This document shows, piece by piece, positions 59,031 to 64,000 of a stretch of DNA of 64,000 nt. The stretch is taken from NCBI GenBank assembly GCA_965205015.1, contig OZ242029.1, positions 192,001-256,000 of the forward strand. Direction: 5' to 3'. Each line of letters opens with the position of its first letter. The first letter of the stretch is position 1. Source of the stretch: Candidatus Poribacteria bacterium (GTDB lineage Bacteria > Poribacteria > WGA-4E > WGA-3G). The notes beneath the pieces were generated by a model. That model was not told where the DNA came from. It saw nothing but the letters and a program-made list of their open reading frames with translations, and made no database searches. The translations under genes and the position numbers were made by a program.

Positions 59031-59843
59031 TCACGCGTGGCGAAATCCTGCGTCCGTGCGATGCCAATTCTGCCCGTGGTCTGGATCGCGGAACTGGATA
59101 TTTCTGCCCAACAACTGCTTCAGCACATCGCTCTCACCCACCAACTCGGCATCGGTTAACTGCCGAGGCATATCTTCCTGCGGATAGATGACCGAACGGT
59201 TATACATACCCAGCAACCCAACGCGGGGTGTATCCGTCAGATTCGCCCGAGACTGATGCCAGATCGCACCGTTCGTGAACATGATAGAGCCTTTCGGCGC
59301 GACAGCGATGCACATCTCAAGCCCTTCTGCTTCCCCCAATTCCGGACGACGAAGCGTTTTGTGTGACTCCGGAATACACGCCGTTGCCCCGTTCTCTTCC
59401 GTAAAATCGTCTAACATCCACACCGTTTGTCCCGTCAGCGAACCGGATGGAAAGGGAGATTGCATCGCCCAATACGGATAGTCGATATGCCAACCGCCCG
59501 CGGGCGCGCCAGGTCCAACGATGTTCGCCGTAAACGTGGAAGCGATCACATCTTCACCGAGCATCCGTTTCCACACCGCCACCACGGTCGGGTGCTGGAT
59601 GAAATAACGGAAGATGGGTGATTTCCCAACGATTGCCCAGACGCGCCGGATTTTACCATCGCCGTAACTGTGGTCATACCCGTTGGCAATATCCTCTTCG
59701 ATTAATTTCCAGATGACCTCACGCGCTGCGTCTGCCTCTTCGTCGGTAATCACGTTCTCAATGACATGGAAACCGACTTCGCGCAGGTCCTGTTCGACAA
59801 GATCAAGCCTTTCTGAATCCAACGCAGATTTAATTTGTATCAT
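59031..59843 (-). CDS. PhyH family dioxygenase
   Basis: WHID, DDFT.ENGAT..IP.SH, WH...N. Confidence 0.9.
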   Translation of the reverse strand: MIQIKSALDSERLDLVEQDLREVGFHVIENVITDEEADAAREVIWKLIEEDIANGYDHSYGDGKIRRVWAIVGKSPIFRYFIQHPTVVAVWKRMLGEDVIASTFTANIVGPGAPAGGWHIDYPYWAMQSPFPSGSLTGQTVWMLDDFTEENGATACIPESHKTLRRPELGEAEGLEMCIAVAPKGSIMFTNGAIWHQSRANLTDTPRVGLLGMYNRSVIYPQEDMPRQLTDAELVGESDVLKQLLGRNIQFRDPDHGQNWHRTDAGFRHA

Positions 59844-59857
59844 GTTGTACCTCTATA

Positions 59858-60850
59858 CTATCGAATACGCGGTAGATTGCGAACCGTCTCGATAATCTGA
59901 TCCTCCAGATCGTCGGCATCGCTATCTGGAACCAGATTGTGTTTGTCCATCCACGCGATGTTTTCGGCTACACTCTCTGTAACCGGAACTTGTGGCGTAA
60001 ATTCAGGTAATACTGCTGATAGTTTCTCGTGGCTAAAAATTTGGGTATGCCCAAAGTTGCCTCGCAAGCCACTGAACCGTTCAGGTGCCATTGCGATGAG
60101 CGTCTCTTGGGATACATGCACGATCTCCATGTCAACACCGAGCGCATCCGCCGCGGCACGGTGCCACTCGTCCCACGTCCGCGCGTGCGGATGGACGATG
60201 TTGTATATTTCACCGAAACAGTCAGATCTACCGAGTACCTCTGTAAACGCAATTCCAGCGTCGCGAGATGACAGGAATTGAAAATAGTTCAGTCCATCAC
60301 CCGCGGAGAGGATCGGTTTGCCCTTCCGCAACCGGTCAATCCAACTCCCATCTCCACCCACTTGCCGATGGAGATTCATGCCGGGACCGTGTGTATAGGA
60401 GGGCTTGAAAATGGTTACGGGGAACCCATCGCGTGCGTGAGTCTCTAAGAGGAGGTTATCCGCTTCAATTTTCCCCAGTCCATATCCCGATGTGCCTTGC
60501 AGCGGTGCCGTCTCAGGGAGATTGATCCCGCTGAAGGGCGGTCCGTAGGTCATCACCGTTGAGCAGTGAACGAAGTGTCCGACACGTCCCTGACATGCCC
60601 GCAGTGCGGAGGCAGCATCTTCGGCGTTGAAGCTAATCATATCAATGACGGCATCCCATTCCTCCGCGCCGACTTTCGCCTCAAAATCCTCACGATTCTT
60701 CCGGTCGCCGTGAATCACACGGACATCTGGCGGCGGTGGATCGGCGTGTTGTCCGCGGTTAAACAGGACGACTTCATGGTTTCGGTTTTGCAACGCCGCC
60801 ACAATCCCACGACTGATGTTGCCCGTGCCACCGATGACTAAGACTTTCAT
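59858..60850 (-). CDS. NAD-dependent epimerase/dehydratase family protein
   Basis: IGGTGNIS, NRG, YGLGK. Confidence 0.88.
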   Translation of the reverse strand: MKVLVIGGTGNISRGIVAALQNRNHEVVLFNRGQHADPPPPDVRVIHGDRKNREDFEAKVGAEEWDAVIDMISFNAEDAASALRACQGRVGHFVHCSTVMTYGPPFSGINLPETAPLQGTSGYGLGKIEADNLLLETHARDGFPVTIFKPSYTHGPGMNLHRQVGGDGSWIDRLRKGKPILSAGDGLNYFQFLSSRDAGIAFTEVLGRSDCFGEIYNIVHPHARTWDEWHRAAADALGVDMEIVHVSQETLIAMAPERFSGLRGNFGHTQIFSHEKLSAVLPEFTPQVPVTESVAENIAWMDKHNLVPDSDADDLEDQIIETVRNLPRIR

Positions 60851-60938
60851 TGATTATTTCCTTTCTCTATCAAGGCAATTTCTGCGGTTGTTAATCTGTG
60901 TTATTCTAAACATTCAGGTCTCCTCTGATGTTTGTTTG

Positions 60939-61259
60939 CTATCCAGAATTACCGTTTGTCTGCACTACAGTCTTGTTACGTTTGCGCCGCGAAAAGGAGA
61001 TACCGCCAAAACCGCTGATAATGGCGATATAAAATCCAAAATCGTAAGCCCATCCAGTATTGTTGGGTTCATAGAGGCGGATTTCTGGATTAAACAGCAA
61101 TCCCCATATCAGTGAGATTGGTGCGATCCATCCGTGCCAGATGCCCCAGAAGAAGCCAGCCGGTTTCTCAGCGGTGTGTTTCCCATCGCCAGGTATGCAT
61201 CCCACAAGAGTGATGAATCCTATCAATAACAGTAGGCAAATTAATTTTTGAATGCCCAT
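60939..61259 (-). CDS. Small membrane lipoprotein
   Basis: LVGC lipobox, AGFFWGIWHG.IAP, YE..N.GW.YDFGF. Confidence 0.7.
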   Translation of the reverse strand: MGIQKLICLLLLIGFITLVGCIPGDGKHTAEKPAGFFWGIWHGWIAPISLIWGLLFNPEIRLYEPNNTGWAYDFGFYIAIISGFGGISFSRRKRNKTVVQTNGNSG

Positions 61260-61278
61260 TTCTCTACTCCATGCCCAT

Positions 61279-62349
61279 TTAAAGTTGTAGATGCTGCGCG
61301 TCAACAATTGCTCGCGTCAACGCCCAATCCAATCGTCGTCGGTAGTGTCCATCGCGGCGTAACCCCTTGAACGCCGTCAGAAAAACATCGTGGGTCTTCT
61401 CCCGGATTGTTCTCAAACGGGCATTGAGCATTTCTATATCCACGCGCCACGGCACGCCAATTTTTGTAATGGAACGGCAATGGACGCGGATAGGATAGTC
61501 TTTCAGCTCCTCTGGTGGACAGAAACGGATAGAGGCGGAAACGGTATTGTCTATCGCGATGAGCCCAAGATTTCCCTTCGGGTCGTTGAACATAATGTCA
61601 CGATTAGAAGAAGATTGTGGAAGGTGTTCGCGGAGTTCACCCATCGTGCCGAGAAACCGATTGTTGCGCCAGATCCTAACGTCCGATGATACATCCGGTG
61701 CAAACAGTGCGAGACCGACAGGATGCTCCGTGTCCTCGAACATATAAGAGGTATCTCTTGTTTTATTTTCTTTTTTTGTCTTATCCTCTCTTCTCGGGAC
61801 TAAAGAGATGAAATCGTGTAACCTTTCCAGAAACAGATCGCTCCGAATAAACGCCTCTGGAATAATTGCAGCGACCCACCCGCAATGCGTCAGACACTGC
61901 TCAAGCGCGTATTTGTAGAGGTCATCGTAACCCGTCGCTTCCGGGAAAGGCAAACCACGGCGTGTCGCCGAGTTGCGAGCCAACCACGGTGGATTGGTAA
62001 TGCAGACATCAAACCCTTTGGGAAAGTCGGCGAGTGTATCGCGTCGCACGATCCCTTTTGCACCCGGTTCGATGTCAAAAAATGCCCAATTCCAACACTG
62101 CAGATGCGCTGCGTCAATCAATCGTGGAATGTCTTTAGCCCCTGCGAAGGGTTCCAAGATTGCCTGGTGTTCTAAATTGGAGGCTTTTGCCCACGTCTGG
62201 AACGGTTCTAACTGAAACGGATTCCCACGCGTGTAGTAGCGTCCACTCGCTCGTTTTTCGTCCATTTGCATCGTGTTTTTCGAATAGGTAGGTCTTTGTA
62301 GGAATGTCTGTTTTTTTATCCAAATTTCAGGTTCATTAGGGTATGACAT
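61279..62349 (-). CDS. Orphan N6-adenine/N4-cytosine DNA methyltransferase; start uncertain
   Basis: YYT, LEPFAG (motif I), DI, ITNPPW (motif IV), DLY. Confidence 0.75.
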   Translation of the reverse strand: MSYPNEPEIWIKKQTFLQRPTYSKNTMQMDEKRASGRYYTRGNPFQLEPFQTWAKASNLEHQAILEPFAGAKDIPRLIDAAHLQCWNWAFFDIEPGAKGIVRRDTLADFPKGFDVCITNPPWLARNSATRRGLPFPEATGYDDLYKYALEQCLTHCGWVAAIIPEAFIRSDLFLERLHDFISLVPRREDKTKKENKTRDTSYMFEDTEHPVGLALFAPDVSSDVRIWRNNRFLGTMGELREHLPQSSSNRDIMFNDPKGNLGLIAIDNTVSASIRFCPPEELKDYPIRVHCRSITKIGVPWRVDIEMLNARLRTIREKTHDVFLTAFKGLRRDGHYRRRLDWALTRAIVDAQHLQL

Positions 62350-62661
62350 AACACAGTCCAGTAGTGTTGCATTCTATCATAAATCCGCTTTCATGTCAAA
62401 TTTGCGGAGCATTCTTTATCAGAGCCATTCAGTTTTTCCATTGCCTTCTTTACAGGTTTAACTTGACCTATCCCTTAATATGGATATAATAATTGGTAAT
62501 TGCGTTTAGTTGCCTGAGTCAGGATTTTCAGGATTATGCCCTGTGCTGCTGGCGAGGTTCCCTAACCTCACCAACTTAGAGTGTCTCATTAATTCTAAAG
62601 TTTACCATAGTTGTCTGAATCAGGACTTGCAGGATTACGGTCCGATAGACTGGAGGAACCG

Positions 62662-63321
62662 ATGCGCTATTCATATATCATATCTGTCATATTCATGGTC
62701 ACCCTATTGACCTCTGTTGCCTCGGCAGGGATATGGCAGGAAAATTTCGACAATGGACTGCCCGATGGCTGGAACGAGGTCAGTGGCGAATGGAAGATTG
62801 TGAAGGATGCCTATGCCGAGACCTCTGGTGGACAGTACGCCAAGACGATGTTCGGCGATGAAGATTGGACGGATTACACGGTTGAGGTGGACGTAACGCT
62901 GGTAAAAAACGTGGGGGTGAATGCCGCGGGTTTGCTAATCCGTGCAGATGCGGACGGAGATAACGGCATGCGATTCTGGATTCGCACAGACCAACATAAA
63001 TGCCAATTTTCCCGATGGAAAGAGAATCAATGGGACCACATCGCCACACCTCTGCCCTTTGAACCAGAAGTCGGTGAAACCTATCGTCTCAAGGTTGTCG
63101 CAGCGGGACACAATTACGAATGTTTTATTGACGACGAACTCCTGTTCGAGGGTGACGATGATATGAAGTTTCGTGACAGTGGACGCATCGGCTTCATTAC
63201 ATACGAGGCAAACGCCCATTACGACAATTTGGTCATCGATGGAGAGGAGATCCCCGCCTTCGCTGTTGAGCCAAATGGCAAACTTGCCACCCGCTGGGGT
63301 CAACTGAAAACAGATATATAA
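62662..63321 (+). CDS. Exported DUF1080-like (ConA/glycoside hydrolase fold) protein
   Basis: Signal peptide, WTDYTVE, SGRIGF, YDNL; C-terminal AVEPNGKLATRWGQLK. Confidence 0.75.
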   Translation: MRYSYIISVIFMVTLLTSVASAGIWQENFDNGLPDGWNEVSGEWKIVKDAYAETSGGQYAKTMFGDEDWTDYTVEVDVTLVKNVGVNAAGLLIRADADGDNGMRFWIRTDQHKCQFSRWKENQWDHIATPLPFEPEVGETYRLKVVAAGHNYECFIDDELLFEGDDDMKFRDSGRIGFITYEANAHYDNLVIDGEEIPAFAVEPNGKLATRWGQLKTDI

Positions 63322-63366
63322 CGCACTATCAACTTCTAACCTACGTGGAGAAAAGAGGACACCGCA

Positions 63367-64000
63367 ATGCCAATTACGGATGCAATGCCGGAACTCAACC
63401 GAACACTTCAGTTTTTTCCCGTTGAAAACGAGAATCCATCAACCCTAACGCATGCCCAAATTGACCACTTCAACGAGAAAGGTTTTATCTCACCCTTAGA
63501 TGTTTTCTCCGAAGCGGAGATGGCGGAACACCGCGCCTATTTCGATCAACTCATGGAAAAAGCGTTGGCAGCAGGCATGAATAGTTATTCCATCAACGGA
63601 TGGCACACCACCTGTCCCGGTATCCATGATCTGATTACCGAAGACAGAATTCTCGATTACGTGCAAGACCTACTCGGCGAAACGCTCATCTGCTGGGGAA
63701 CACACTACTTCTGCAAGCTACCGGGCGATGTAAAGCAGGTGAGTTGGCATCAGGACGCCTCCTATTGGCCCCTCTCCCCGAGCAAAACCGTCACCGTATG
63801 GCTCGCGATTGATGACGCCGCGGTCGAGAACGGTGCAATGACCGTTATCCCGAAATCGCACCTGCACGGGCAAATCGCATTTGAACCGAGCACCGCTGAG
63901 GAAAAGAATGTACTGGGTCAGACGGTGCATGGGGCAACGCAATACGGAGAGACACCATTCCCATTCGAGATGAAAGCCGGGCAGATGTCTCTGCACTCGG
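63367..64000 (+). CDS. PhyH family dioxygenase, truncated by the window end
   Basis: Manual translation MPITDAMPEL...WHQDASYWP...WLAIDD...NGAM..IP.SH; absent from the ORF track. Confidence 0.88.
   Translation, partial: MPITDAMPELNRTLQFFPVENENPSTLTHAQIDHFNEKGFISPLDVFSEAEMAEHRAYFDQLMEKALAAGMNSYSINGWHTTCPGIHDLITEDRILDYVQDLLGETLICWGTHYFCKLPGDVKQVSWHQDASYWPLSPSKTVTVWLAIDDAAVENGAMTVIPKSHLHGQIAFEPSTAEEKNVLGQTVHGATQYGETPFPFEMKAGQMSLHS

Overview
Bacterial chromosomal window, about 50% GC by eye. It is most consistent with Candidatus Poribacteria (inference from five PhyH dioxygenases, two sulfatases, paralogous ABC-2 permeases, a C-terminal 'AVEPxGKLATxWGxLK' motif and dense intergenic repeats). It carries mostly carbohydrate/organic-acid catabolic genes, a housekeeping phoH-ybeY-hlyC-tRNA-Pro-recO block, a fused glyQS, two TonB-dependent receptors and a toxin-antitoxin/pseudogene island. 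Main highlights: (1) a B12/radical SAM gene whose apparent TGA stop is probably selenocysteine (C-U-A-E-P tail, SECIS-like hairpin), linked to a DUF169-like protein and an SDR; (2) a tnpA-less IS200/IS605 element with a rearranged-RuvC TnpB, whose ends, TAM (TTAT) and guide can be read from the sequence and whose insertion leaves the host protein unchanged; (3) a dispersed repeat family that ends at start codons of unrelated genes; (4) REP-like palindromes translated in frame inside GlyQS and a HEAT-repeat protein; (5) a TBDR / T9SS-CTD-like protein / PorV-like module split by a gene-fragment island. All family calls come from motif recognition; no database searches were run.
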